Shown here: piece after piece, positions 13,302-26,400 of the stretch
How positions within the stretch are numbered: position 1 is the first letter of the stretch
Layout of the letters: every line of letters begins with the position of its first letter
From: Auanema rhodensis
Taxonomy: Eukaryota; Animalia; Nematoda
DNA length: 64,000 bases
Reading direction: 5' to 3'
Assembly: GCA_964057225.1 (NCBI GenBank)
Contig: OZ059900.1
Coordinates: 26,102,001 to 26,166,000 of the forward strand
Translations under genes and position numbers: made by a program
The notes under the pieces: model-generated
What the model was told of the DNA's origin: nothing
The model's input: the letters and a program-made list of their open reading frames with translations, nothing else
Databases searched by the model: none

Positions 13302-16300
13302 ATGGGAAATACTGTGTTTTTGTATTTTTTTAGTGTTCAGCATGTAAAATGCGTCATTTTAGTATGTAAAACGCTGAAATTCGTTGCATTTGACGACTCA
13401 TATGAACAAAAATCGATTTTATCAATATTAGCCATAAGGGGCGTGCCCTCAGAATATGCTAATTTCCTTAATTTTCTAACCCCTGTTTTTTTGTCGTGAA
13501 AGTGGAACTAGACGTTGTACGAACAATTTTGAGCTAAGTTTCATTGACATTGCATGAGTTTGAACACATGAAATCGTAAGTCAAAACCTTGTTTACAGCG
13601 AAATTTCCAAAAACTGGTTTTCCAGCATAATAAAATATTTCTCATGAGAAATACTGTCTTTTTGTATTTTTTTAATGTTCAGCATGTAAAATGCTTCATT
13701 TTGATATGTAAAACGCTGAAATTCGTTGCATTTGACGACTCATATGAACAAAAATCGATTTTATCAATATTAGCCATAAGGGGCGTGCCCTCAGAATATG
13801 CTAATTTCCTTAATTTTCTAACCCCTGTTTTTTTGTCGTGAAAGTGGAACTAGACGTTGTACGAACAATTTTGAGCTAGGTTTCATTGACATTGCATGAG
13901 TTTGAACACATGAAATCGTAAGTCAAAACCTTGTTTACAGCGAAATTTCCAAAAACTGGTTTTCCAGCATAATACAATATTTCTCATGGGAAATACTGTG
14001 TTTTTATATTTTTCTAGTGTTCAGCATGTAAAATGCTTCATTTTAGTATGTAACACGCTGAAATTCGTTGCATTTGACGACTCATATGAACAAAAATCGA
14101 TTTTATCAATATTAGCCATAAGGGGCGTGCCCTCAGAATATGCTAATTTCCTTAATTTTCTAACCCCTGTTTTTTTGTCGTGAAAGTGGAACTAGACGTT
14201 GTACGAACAGTTTTGAGCTAGGTTTCATTGACATTGCATGAGTTTGAACACATGAAATCGTAAGTCAAAACCTTGTTTACAGCGAAATTTCCAAAAACTG
14301 GTTTTCCAGCATAATAAAATATTTCTCATGGGAAATACTGTGTTTTTGTATTTTTTCAGTGTTCAGCATGTAAAATGCTTCATTTTAGTATGTAACACGC
14401 TGAAATTCGTTGCATTTGACGACTCATATGAACAAAAATCGATTTAATCAATATTAGCCATAAGGGGCGTGCCCTCAGAATATGCTAATTTCCTTAATTT
14501 TCTAACCCCTGTTTTTTTGTCGTGAAAGTGGAACTAGACGTTGTACGAACAATTTTGAGCTAGGTTTCATTGACATTGCATGAGTTTGAACACATGAAAT
14601 CGTAAGTCAAAACCTTGTTTACAGCGAAATTTCCAAAAACTGGTTTTCCAGCATAATAAAATATTTCTCATGGGAAATACTGTGTTTTTGTATTTTTTTA
14701 ATGTTCAGCATGTAAAATGCTTCATTTTGATATGTAAAACGCTGAAATTCGTTGCATTTGACGACTCATATGAACAAAAATCGATTTTATCAATATTAGC
14801 CATAAGGGGCGTGCCCTCAGAATATGCTAATTTCCTTAATTTTCTAACCCCTGTTTTTTTGTCGTGAAAGTGGAACTAGACGTTGTACGAACAATTTTGA
14901 GCTAGGTTTCATTGACATTGCATGAGTTTGAACACATGAAATCGTAAGTCAAAACCTTGTTTACAGCGAAATTTCCAAAAACTGGTTTTCCAGCATAATA
15001 AAATATTTCTCATGGGAAATACTGTGTTTTTGTATTTTTTTAGTGTTCAGCATGTAAAATGCGTCATTTTAGTATGTAAAACGCTGAAATTCGTTGCATT
15101 TGACGACTCATATGAACAAAAATCGATTTTATCAATATTAGCCATAAGGGGCGTGCCCTCAGAATATGCTAATTTCCTTAATTTTCTAACCCCTGTTTTT
15201 TTGTCGTGAAAGTGGAACTAGACGTTGTACGAACAATTTTGAGCTAAGTTTCATTGACATTGCATGAGTTTGAACACATGAAATCGTAAGTCAAAACCTT
15301 GTTTACAGCGAAATTTCCAAAAACTGGTTTTCCAGCATAATAAAATATTTCTCATGAGAAATACTGTCTTTTTGTATTTTTTTAATGTTCAGCATGTAAA
15401 ATGCTTCATTTTGATATGTAAAACGCTGAAATTCGTTGCATTTGACGACTCATATGAACAAAAATCGATTTTATCAATATTAGCCATAAGGGGCGTGCCC
15501 TCAGAATATGCTAATTTCCTTAATTTTCTAACCCCTGTTTTTTTGTCGTGAAAGTGGAACTAGACGTTGTACGAACAATTTTGAGCTAGGTTTCATTGAC
15601 ATTGCATGAGTTTGAACACATGAAATCGTAAGTCAAAACCTTGTTTACAGCGAAATTTCCAAAAACTGGTTTTCCAGCATAATACAATATTTCTCATGGG
15701 AAATACTGTGTTTTTATATTTTTCTAGTGTTCAGCATGTAAAATGCTTCATTTTAGTATGTAACACGCTGAAATTCGTTGCATTTGACGACTCATATGAA
15801 CAAAAATCGATTTTATCAATATTAGCCATAAGGGGCGTGCCCTCAGAATATGCTAATTTCCTTAATTTTCTAACCCCTGTTTTTTTGTCGTGAAAGTGGA
15901 ACTAGACGTTGTACGAACAGTTTTGAGCTAGGTTTCATTGACATTGCATGAGTTTGAACACATGAAATCGTAAGTCAAAACCTTGTTTACAGCGAAATTT
16001 CCAAAAACTGGTTTTCCAGCATAATAAAATATTTCTCATGGGAAATACTGTGTTTTTGTATTTTTTCAGTGTTCAGCATGTAAAATGCTTCATTTTAGTA
16101 TGTAACACGCTGAAATTCGTTGCATTTGACGACTCATATGAACAAAAATCGATTTAATCAATATTAGCCATAAGGGGCGTGCCCTCAGAATATGCTAATT
16201 TCCTTAATTTTCTAACCCCTGTTTTTTTGTCGTGAAAGTGGAACTAGACGTTGTACGAACAATTTTGAGCTAGGTTTCATTGACATTGCATGAGTTTGAA

Positions 16301-16721
16301 CACATGAAATCGTAAGTCAAAACCTTGTTTACAGCGAAATTTCCAAAAACTGGTTTTCCAGCATAATAAAATATTTCTCATGGGAAATACTGTGTTTTTG
16401 TATTTTTTTAATGTTCAGCATGTAAAATGCTTCATTTTGATATGTAAAACGCTGAAATTCGTTGCATTTGACGACTCATATGAACAAAAATCGATTTTAT
16501 CAATATTAGCCATAAGGGGCGTGCCCTCAGAATATGCTAATTTCCTTAATTTTCTAACCCCTGTTTTTTTGTCGTGAAAGTGGAACTAGACGTTGTACGA
16601 ACAATTTTGAGCTAGGTTTCATTGACATTGCATGAGTTTGAACACATGAAATCGTAAGTCAAAACCTTGTTTACAGCGAAATTTCCAAAAACTGGTTTTC
16701 CAGCATAATACAATATTTCTC
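13302..16721. repeat. 5-monomer higher-order repeat (1710 bp), two copies
   Basis: The subtype order at 13302/13644/13986/14328/14670 is repeated at 15012/15354/15696/16038/16380, including the ACTGTC allele and the ATGGG...TTAATG monomer. The ORF track shows the same translations at +1710. Confidence 0.88.
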
Positions 16722-17747
16722 ATGGGAAATACTGTGTTTTTATATTTTTCTAGTGTTCAGCATGTAAAATGCTTCATTTTAGTATGTAACACGCTGAAAT
16801 TCGTTGCATTTGACGACTCATATGAACAAAAATCGATTTTATCAATATTAGCCATAAGGGGCGTGCCCTCAGAATATGCTAATTTCCTTAATTTTCTAAC
16901 CCCTGTTTTTTTGTCGTGAAAGTGGAACTAGACGTTGTACGAACAGTTTTGAGCTAGGTTTCATTGACATTGCATGAGTTTGAACACATGAAATCGTAAG
17001 TCAAAACCTTGTTTACAGCGAAATTTCCAAAAACTGGTTTTCCAGCATAATAAAATATTTCTCATGGGAAATACTGTGTTTTTGTATATTTTCAGTGTTC
17101 AGCATGTAAAATGCTTCATTTTAGTATGTAACACGCTGAAATTCGTTGCATTTGACGACTCATATGAACAAAAATCGATTTAATCAATATTAGCCATAAG
17201 GGGCGTGCCCTCAGAATATGCTAATTTCCTTAATTTTCTAACCCCTGTTTTTTTGTCGTGAAAGTGGAACTAGACGTTGTACGAACAATTTTGAGCTAGG
17301 TTTCATTGACATTGCATGAGTTTGAACACATGAAATCGTAAGTCAAAACCTTGTTTACAGCGAAATTTCCAAAAACTGGTTTTCCAGCATAATAAAATAT
17401 TTCTCATGGGAAATACTGTGTTTTTGTATTTTTTTAGTGTTCAGCATGTAAAATGCGTCATTTTAGTATGTAAAACGCTGAAATTCGTTGCATTTGACGA
17501 CTCATATGAACAAAAATCGATTTTATCAATATTAGCCATAAGGGGCGTGCCCTCAGAATATGCTAATTTCCTTAATTTTCTAACCCCTGTTTTTTTGTCG
17601 TGAAAGTGGAACTAGACGTTGTACGAACAATTTTGAGCTAGGTTTCATTGACATTGCATGAGTTTGAACACATGAAATCGTAAGTCAAAACCTTGTTTAC
17701 AGCAAAATTTCCAAAAACTGGTTTTCCAGCATAATAAAATATTTCTC

Positions 17748-19115
17748 ATGGGAAATACAGTGTTTTTGTATTTTTTTAGTGTTCAGCATGTAAAATGCTT
17801 TATTTTAATATGTAACACGCTGAAATTCGTTGCATTTGACGACTCATATGAACAAAAATCGATTTAATCAATATTAGCCATAAGGGGCGTGCCCTCAGAA
17901 TATGCTAATTTCCTTAATTTTCTAACCCCTGTTTTTTTGTCGTGAAAGTGGAACTAGACGTTGTACGAACAATTTTGAGCTAAGTTTCATTGACATTGCA
18001 TGAGTTTGAACACATGAAATCGTAAGTCAAAACCTTGTTTACATCGAAATTTCCAAAAACTGGTTTTCCAGCATAATAAAATATTTCTCATGAGAAATAC
18101 TGTGTTTTTGTATTTTTTTAATGTTCAGCATGTAAAATGCTTCATTTTGATATGTAAAACGCTGAAATTCGTTGCATTTGACGACTCATATGAACAAAAA
18201 TCGATTTTATCAATATTAGCCATAAGGGGCGTGCCCTCAGAATATGCTAATTTCCTTAATTTTCTAACCCCTGTTTTTTTGTCGTGAAAGTGGAACTAGA
18301 CGTTGTACGAACAATTTTGAGCTAGGTTTCATTGACATTGCATGAGTTTGAACACATGAAATCGTAAGTCAAAACCTTGTTTACAGCAAAATTTCCAAAA
18401 ACTGGTTTTCCAGCATAATAAAATATTTCTCATGGGAAATACAGTGTTTTTGTATTTTTTTAGTGTTCAGCATGTAAAATGCTTTATTTTAATATGTAAC
18501 ACGCTGAAATTCGTTGCATTTGACGACTCATATGAACAAAAATCGATTTAATCAATATTAGCCATAAGGGGCGTGCCCTCAGAATATGCTAATTTCCTTA
18601 ATTTTCTAACCCCTGTTTTTTTGTCGTGAAAGTGGAACTAGACGTTGTACGAACAATTTTGAGCTAAGTTTCATTGACATTGCATGAGTTTGAACACATG
18701 AAATCGTAAGTCAAAACCTTGTTTACATCGAAATTTCCAAAAACTGGTTTTCCAGCATAATAAAATATTTCTCATGAGAAATACTGTGTTTTTGTATTTT
18801 TTTAATGTTCAGCATGTAAAATGCTTCATTTTGATATGTAAAACGCTGAAATTCGTTGCATTTGACGACTCATATGAACAAAAATCGATTTTATCAATAT
18901 TAGCCATAAGGGGCGTGCCCTCAGAATATGCTAATTTCCTTAATTTTCTAACCCCTGTTTTTTTGTCGTGAAAGTGGAACTAGACGTTGTACGAACAATT
19001 TTGAGCTAAGTTTCATTGACATTGCATGAGTTTGAACACATGAAATCGTAAGTCAAAACCTTGTTTACAGCGAAATTTCCAAAAACTGGTTTTCCAGCAT
19101 AATACAATATTTCTC
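17748..19115. repeat. Dimer (684 bp) duplicated
   Basis: The rare allele TTACATCG occurs at about 18041 and 18725 only, with AATACAGTG and ACAGCAAAA repeating at the same offset. Confidence 0.82.
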
Positions 19116-20483
19116 ATGGGAAATACTGTGTTTTTATATTTTTCTAGTGTTCAGCATGTAAAATGCTTCATTTTAGTATGTAACACGCTGAAATTCGTTG
19201 CATTTGACGACTCATATGAACAAAAATTGATTTAATCAATATTAGCCATAAGGGGCGTGCCCTCAGAATATGCTAATTTCCTTAATTTTCTAACCCCTGT
19301 TTTTTTGTCGTGAAAGTGGAACTAGACGTTGTACGAACAATTTTGAGCTAGGTTTCATTGACATTGCATGAGTTTGAACACATGCAATCGTAAGTCAAAA
19401 CCTTGTTTACAGCGAAATTTCCAAAAACTGGTTTTCCAGCATAATAAAATATTTCTCATGGGAAAAACTGTGTTTTTGTATTTTTCTAGTGTTCAGCATG
19501 TAAAATGCTTTATTTTAATATGTAACACGCTGAAATTCGTTGCATTTGACGACTCATATGAACAAAAATCGATTTAATCAATATTAGCCATAAGGGGCGT
19601 GCCCTCAGAATATGCTAATTTCCTTAATTTTCTAACCCCTGTTTTTTTGTCGTGAAAGTGGAACTAGACGTTGTACGAACAATTTTGAGCTAAGTTTCAT
19701 TGACATTGCATGAGTTTGAACACATGAAATCGTAAGTCAAAACCTTGTTTACAGCGAAATTTCCAAAAACTGGTTTTCCAGCATAATAAAATATTTCTCA
19801 TGAGAAATACTGTGTTTTTGTATTTTTTTAATGTTCAGCATGTAAAATGCTTCATTTTGATATGTAAAACGCTGAAATTCGTTGCATTTGACGACTCATA
19901 TGAACAAAAATCGATTTTATCAATATTAGCCATAAGGGGCGTGCCCTCAGAATATGCTAATTTCCTTAATTTTCTAACCCCTGTTTTTTTGTCGTGAAAG
20001 TGGAACTAGACGTTGTACGAACAATTTTGAGCTAGGTTTCATTGACATTGCATGAGTTTGAACACATGAAATCGTAAGTCAAAACCTTGTTTACAGCGAA
20101 ATTTCCAAAAACTGGTTTTCCAGCATAATACAATATTTCTCATGGGAAATACTGTGTTTTTATATTTTTCTAGTGTTCAGCATGTAAAATGCTTCATTTT
20201 AGTATGTAACACGCTGAAATTCGTTGCATTTGACGACTCATATGAACAAAAATCGATTTTATCAATATTAGCCATAAGGGGCGTGCCCTCAGAATATGCT
20301 AATTTCCTTAATTTTCTAACCCCTGTTTTTTTGTCGTGAAAGTGGAACTAGACGTTGTACGAACAATTTTGAGCTAGGTTTCATTGACATTGCATGAGTT
20401 TGAACACATGAAATCGTAAGTCAAAACCTTGTTTACAGCGAAATTTCCAAAAACTGGTTTTCCAGCATAATAAAATATTTCTC

Positions 20484-23400
20484 AAGGGAAAAACTGTGTT
20501 TTCATATTTTTCAAGTGTTCAGCATGTAAAATGCTTCATTTTAGTATGTAACACGCTGAAATTCCTTGCATTTGACGACTCATATGAACAAAAATCGATT
20601 TAATCAATATTAGCCATAAGGGGCGTGCCCTCAGAATTTGCTAATTTCCTTAATTTTCTAACCCCTGTTTTTTTGTCGTGAAAGTGGAACTAGACGTTGT
20701 ACGAACAATTTTGAGCTAGGTTTCATTGACATTGCATGAGTTAGAACACATGAAATCGTAAGTCAAAACCTTGTTTACAGCGAAATTTCCAAAAACTGGT
20801 TTTCCAGCATAATAAAATATTTCTCATGGGAAATACTGTGTTTTTGTATTTTTCTAGTGTTCAGCATGTAAAATGCTTCATTTTAGTATGTAACACGCTG
20901 AAATTTGTTGCATTTGACGACTCATATGAACAAAAATCGATTTAATCAATATTAGCCATAAGGGGCGTGCCCTCAGAATATGCTAATTTCCTTAATTTTC
21001 TAACCCCTGTTTTTTTGTCGTGAAAGTGGAACTAGACGTTGTACGAACAATTTTGAGCTAGGTTTTATTGACATTGCATGAGTTTGAACACATGAAATCG
21101 TAAGTCAAAACCTTGTTTACAGCGAAATTTCCAAAAACTGGTTTTCCAGCATAATAAAATATTTCTCATGGGAAATACTGTGTTTTTGTATTTTTTTAGT
21201 GTTCAGCATGTAAAATGCGTCATTTTAGTATGTAAAACGCTGAAATTCGTTGCATTTGACGACTCATATGAACAAAAATCGATTTTATCAATATTAGCCA
21301 TAAGGGGCGTGCCCTCAGAATATGCTAATTTCCTTAATTTTCTAACCCCTGTTTTTTTGTCGTGAAAGTGGAACTAGACGTTGTACGAACAATTTTGAGC
21401 TAGGTTTCATTGACATTGCATGAGTTTGAACACATGAAATCGTAAGTCAAAACCTTGTTTACAGCGAAATTTCCAAAAACTGGTTTTCCAGCATAATAAA
21501 ATATTTCTCATGGGAAAAACTGTGTTTTTGTATTTTTCTAGTGTTCAGCATGTAAAATGCTTTATTTTAATATGTAACACGCTGAAATTCGTTGCATTTG
21601 ACGACTCATATGAACAAAAATCGATTTAATCAATATTAGCCATAAGGGGCGTGCCCTCAGAATATGCTAATTTCCTTAATTTTCTAACCCCTGTTTTTTT
21701 GTCGTGAAAGTGGAACTAGACGTTGTACGAACAATTTTGAGCTAGGTTTCATTGACATTGCATGAGTTTGAACACATGAAATCGTAAGTCAAAACCTTGT
21801 TTACAGCAAAATTTCCAAAAACTGGTTTTCCAGCATAATATAATATTTCTCATGGGAAATACAGTGTTTTTGTATTTTTTTAGTGTTCAGCATGTAAAAT
21901 GCGTCATTTTAGTATGTGAAACGCTGAAATTCGTTGCATTTGACGACTCATATGAACAAAAATCGATTTTATCAATATTAGCCATAAGGGGCGTGCCCTC
22001 AGAATATGCTAATTTCCTTAATTTTCTAACCCCTGTTTTTTTGTCGTGAAAGTGGAACTAGACGTTGTACGAACAATTTTGAGCTAGGTTTCATTGACAT
22101 TGCATGAGTTTGAACACATGAAATCGTAAGTCAAAACCTTGTTTACAGCAAAATTTCCAAAAACTGGTTTTCCAGCATAATATAATATTTCTCATGGGAA
22201 ATACTGTGTTTTTGTATTTTTCTAGTGTTCAGCATGTAAAATGCTTCATTTTAGTATGTAACACGCTGAAATTTGTTGCATTTGACGACTCATATGAACA
22301 AAAATCGATTTAATCAATATTAGCCATAAGGGGCGTGCCCTCAGAATATGCTAATTTCCTTAATTTTCTAACCCCTGTTTTTTTGTCGTGAAAGTGGAAC
22401 TAGACGTTGTACGAACAATTTTGAGCTAGGTTTTATTGACATTGCATGAGTTTGAACACATGAAATCGTAAGTCAAAACCTTGTTTACAGCGAAATTTCC
22501 AAAAACTGGTTTTCCAGCATAATAAAATATTTCTCATGGGAAATACTGTGTTTTTGTATTTTTTTAGTGTTCAGCATGTAAAATGCGTCATTTTAGTATG
22601 TAAAACGCTGAAATTCGTTGCATTTGACGACTCATATGAACAAAAATCGATTTTATCAATATTAGCCATAAGGGGCGTGCCCTCAGAATATGCTAATTTC
22701 CTTAATTTTCTAACCCCTGTTTTTTTGTCGTGAAAGTGGAACTAGACGTTGTACGAACAATTTTGAGCTAGGTTTCATTGACATTGCATGAGTTTGAACA
22801 CATGAAATCGTAAGTCAAAACCTTGTTTACAGCAAAATTTCCAAAAACTGGTTTTCCAGCATAATATAATATTTCTCATGGGAAATACAGTGTTTTTGTA
22901 TTTTTTTAGTGTTCAGCATGTAAAATGCGTCATTTTAGTATGTGAAACGCTGAAATTCGTTGCATTTGACGACTCATATGAACAAAAATCGATTTTATCA
23001 ATATTAGCCATAAGGGGCGTGCCCTCAGAATATGCTAATTTCCTTAATTTTCTAACCCCTGTTTTTTTGTCGTGAAAGTGGAACTAGACGTTGTACGAAC
23101 AATTTTGAGCTAGGTTTCATTGACATTGCATGAGTTTGAACACATGAAATCGTAAGTCAAAACCTTGTTTACAGCAAAATTTCCAAAAACTGGTTTTCCA
23201 GCATAATATAATATTTCTCATGGGAAATACAGTGTTTTTGTATTTTTTTAGTGTTCAGCATGTAAAATGCGTCATTTTAGTATGTAAAACGCTGAAATTC
23301 GTTGCATTTGACGACTCATATGAACAAAAATCGATTTTATCAATATTAGCCATAAGGGGCGTGCCCTCAGAATATGCTAATTTCCTTAATTTTCTAACCC

Positions 23401-26400
23401 CTGTTTTTTTGTCGTGAAAGTGGAACTAGACGTTGTACGAACAATTTTGAGCTAGGTTTTATTGACATTGCATGAGTTTGAACACATGAAATCGTAAGTC
23501 AAAACCTTGTTTACAGCGAAATTTCCAAAAACTGGTTTTCCAGCATAATAAAATATTTCTCATGGGAAATACTGTGTTTTTGTATTTTTTTAGTGTTCAG
23601 CATGTAAAATGCGTCATTTTAGTATGTAAAACGCTGAAATTCGTTGCATTTGACGACTCATATGAACAAAAATCGATTTTATCAATATTAGCCATAAGGG
23701 GCGTGCCCTCAGAATATGCTAATTTCCTTAATTTTCTAACCCCTGTTTTTTTGTCGTGAAAGTGGAACTAGACGTTGTACGAACAATTTTGAGCTAGGTT
23801 TCATTGACATTGCATGAGTTTGAACACATGAAATCGTAAGTCAAAACCTTGTTTACAGCAAAATTTCCAAAAACTGGTTTTCCAGCATAATATAATATTT
23901 CTCATGGGAAATACAGTGTTTTTGTATTTTTTTAGTGTTCAGCATGTAAAATGCGTCATTTTAGTATGTAAAACGCTGAAATTCGTTGCATTTGACGACT
24001 CATATGAACAAAAATCGATTTTATCAATATTAGCCATAAGGGGCGTGCCCTCAGAATATGCTAATTTCCTTAATTTTCTAACCCCTGTTTTTTTGTCGTG
24101 AAAGTGGAACTAGACGTTGTACGAACAATTTTGAGCTAGGTTTCATTGACATTGCATGAGTTTGAACACATGAAATCGTAAGTCAAAACCTTGTTTACAG
24201 CAAAATTTCCAAAAACTGGTTTTCCAGCATAATATAATATTTCTCATGGGAAATACAGTGTTTTTGTATTTTTTTAGTGTTCAGCATGTAAAATGCGTCA
24301 TTTTAGTATGTAAAACGCTGAAATTCGTTGCATTTGACGACTCATATGAACAAAAATCGATTTTATCAATATTAGCCATAAGGGGCGTGCCCTCAGAATA
24401 TGCTAATTTCCTTAATTTTCTAACCCCTGTTTTTTTGTCGTGAAAGTGGAACTAGACGTTGTACGAACAATTTTGAGCTAGGTTTCATTGACATTGCATG
24501 AGTTTGAACACATGAAATCGTAAGTCAAAACCTTGTTTACAGCGAAATTTCCAAAAACTGGTTTTCCAGCATAATAAAATATTTCTCAAGGGAAAAACTG
24601 TGTTTTCATATTTTTCAAGTGTTCAGCATGTAAAATGCTTCATTTTAGTATGTAACACGCTGAAATTCCTTGCATTTGACGACTCATATGAACAAAAATC
24701 GATTTTATCAATATTAGCCATAAGGGGCGTGCCCTCAGAATTTGCTAATTTCCTTAATTTTCTAACCCCTGTTTTTTTGTCGTGAAAGTGGAACTAGACG
24801 TTGTACGAACAATTTTGAGCTAGGTTTCATTGACATTGCATGAGTTTGAACACATGAAATCGTAAGTCAAAACCTTGTTTACAGCGAAATTTCCAAAAAC
24901 TGGTTTTCCAGCATAATAAAACATTTCTCATGGGAAATACTGTGTTTTTGTATTTTTCTAGTGTTCAGCATGTAAAATGCTTCATTTTAGTATGTAACAC
25001 GCTGAAATTTGTTGCATTTGACGACTCATATGAACAAAAATCGATTTAATCAATATTAGCCATAAGGGGCGTGCCCTCAGAATATGCTAATTTCCTTAAT
25101 TTTCTAACCCCTGTTTTTTTGTCGTGAAAGTGGAACTAGACGTTGTACGAACAATTTTGAGCTAGGTTTTATTGACATTGCATGAGTTTGAACACATGAA
25201 ATCGTAAGTCAAAACCTTGTTTACAGCGAAATTTCCAAAAACTGGTTTTCCAGCATAATACAATATTTCTCATGGGAAATACTGTGTTTTTGTATTTTTC
25301 TAGTGTTCAGAATGTAGAATGCTTCATTTTAGTATGTAACACGCTGAAATTCGTTGCATTTGACGACTCATATGAACAAAAATCGATTTAATCAATATTA
25401 GCCATAAGGGGCGTGCCCTCAGAATATGCTAATTTCCTTAATTTTCTAACCCCTGTTTTTTTGTCGTGAAAGTGGAACTAGACGTTGTACGAACAATTTT
25501 GAGCTAGGTTTCATTGACATTGCATGAGTTTGAACACATGAAATCGTAAGTCAAAACCTTGTTTACAGCAAAATTTCCAAAAACTGGTTTTCCAGCATAA
25601 TAAAATATTTCTCATGGGAAATACAGTGTTTTTGTATTTTTTTAGTGTTCAGCATGTAAAATGCGTCATTTTAGTATGTAAAACGCTGAAATTCGTTGCA
25701 TTTGACGACTCATATGAACAAAAATCGATTTTATCAATATTAGCCATAAGGGGCGTGCCCTCAGAATATGCTAATTTCCTTAATTTTCTAACCCCTGTTT
25801 TTTTGTCGTGAAAGTGGAACTAGACGTTGTACGAACAATTTTGAGCTAGGTTTCATTGACATTGCATGAGTTTGAACACATGAAATCGTAAGTCAAAACC
25901 TTGTTTACAGCGAAATTTCCAAAAACTGGTTTTCCAGCATAATAAAATATTTCTCAAGGGAAAAACTGTGTTTTCATATTTTTCAAGTGTTCAGCATGTA
26001 AAATGCGTCATTTTAGTATGTAACACGCTGAAATTCCTTGCATTTGACGACTCATATGAACAAAAATCGATTTAATCAATATTAGCCATAAGGGGCGTGC
26101 CCTCAGAATATGCTAATTTCCTTAATTTTCTAACCCCTGTTTTTTTGTCGTGAAAGTGGAACTAGACGTTGTACGAACAATTTTGAGCTAGGTTTCATTG
26201 ACATTGCATGAGTTTGAACACATGAAATCGTAAGTCAAAACCTTGTTTACAGCGAAATTTCCAAAAACTGGTTTTCCAGCATAATAAAATATTTCTCAAG
26301 GGAAAAACTGTGTTTTCATATTTTTCAAGTGTTCAGCATGTAAAATGCTTCATTTTAGTATGTAACACGCTGAAATTCCTTGCATTTGACGACTCATATG

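Larger units (their letters stand above)
1..20483. repeat. Variant domain 1a: mosaic of about 6 recurring monomer subtypes
   Basis: Alleles ATGAGAAAT, TTTTTTAATG, TTGATATG, GAGCTAAG, GAACAGTTTT, TTTTTTCAG and CATGCAAT are seen only here. The last ATGAGAAAT is at 19800 and the last GAGCTAAG at about 19690. Confidence 0.85.
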
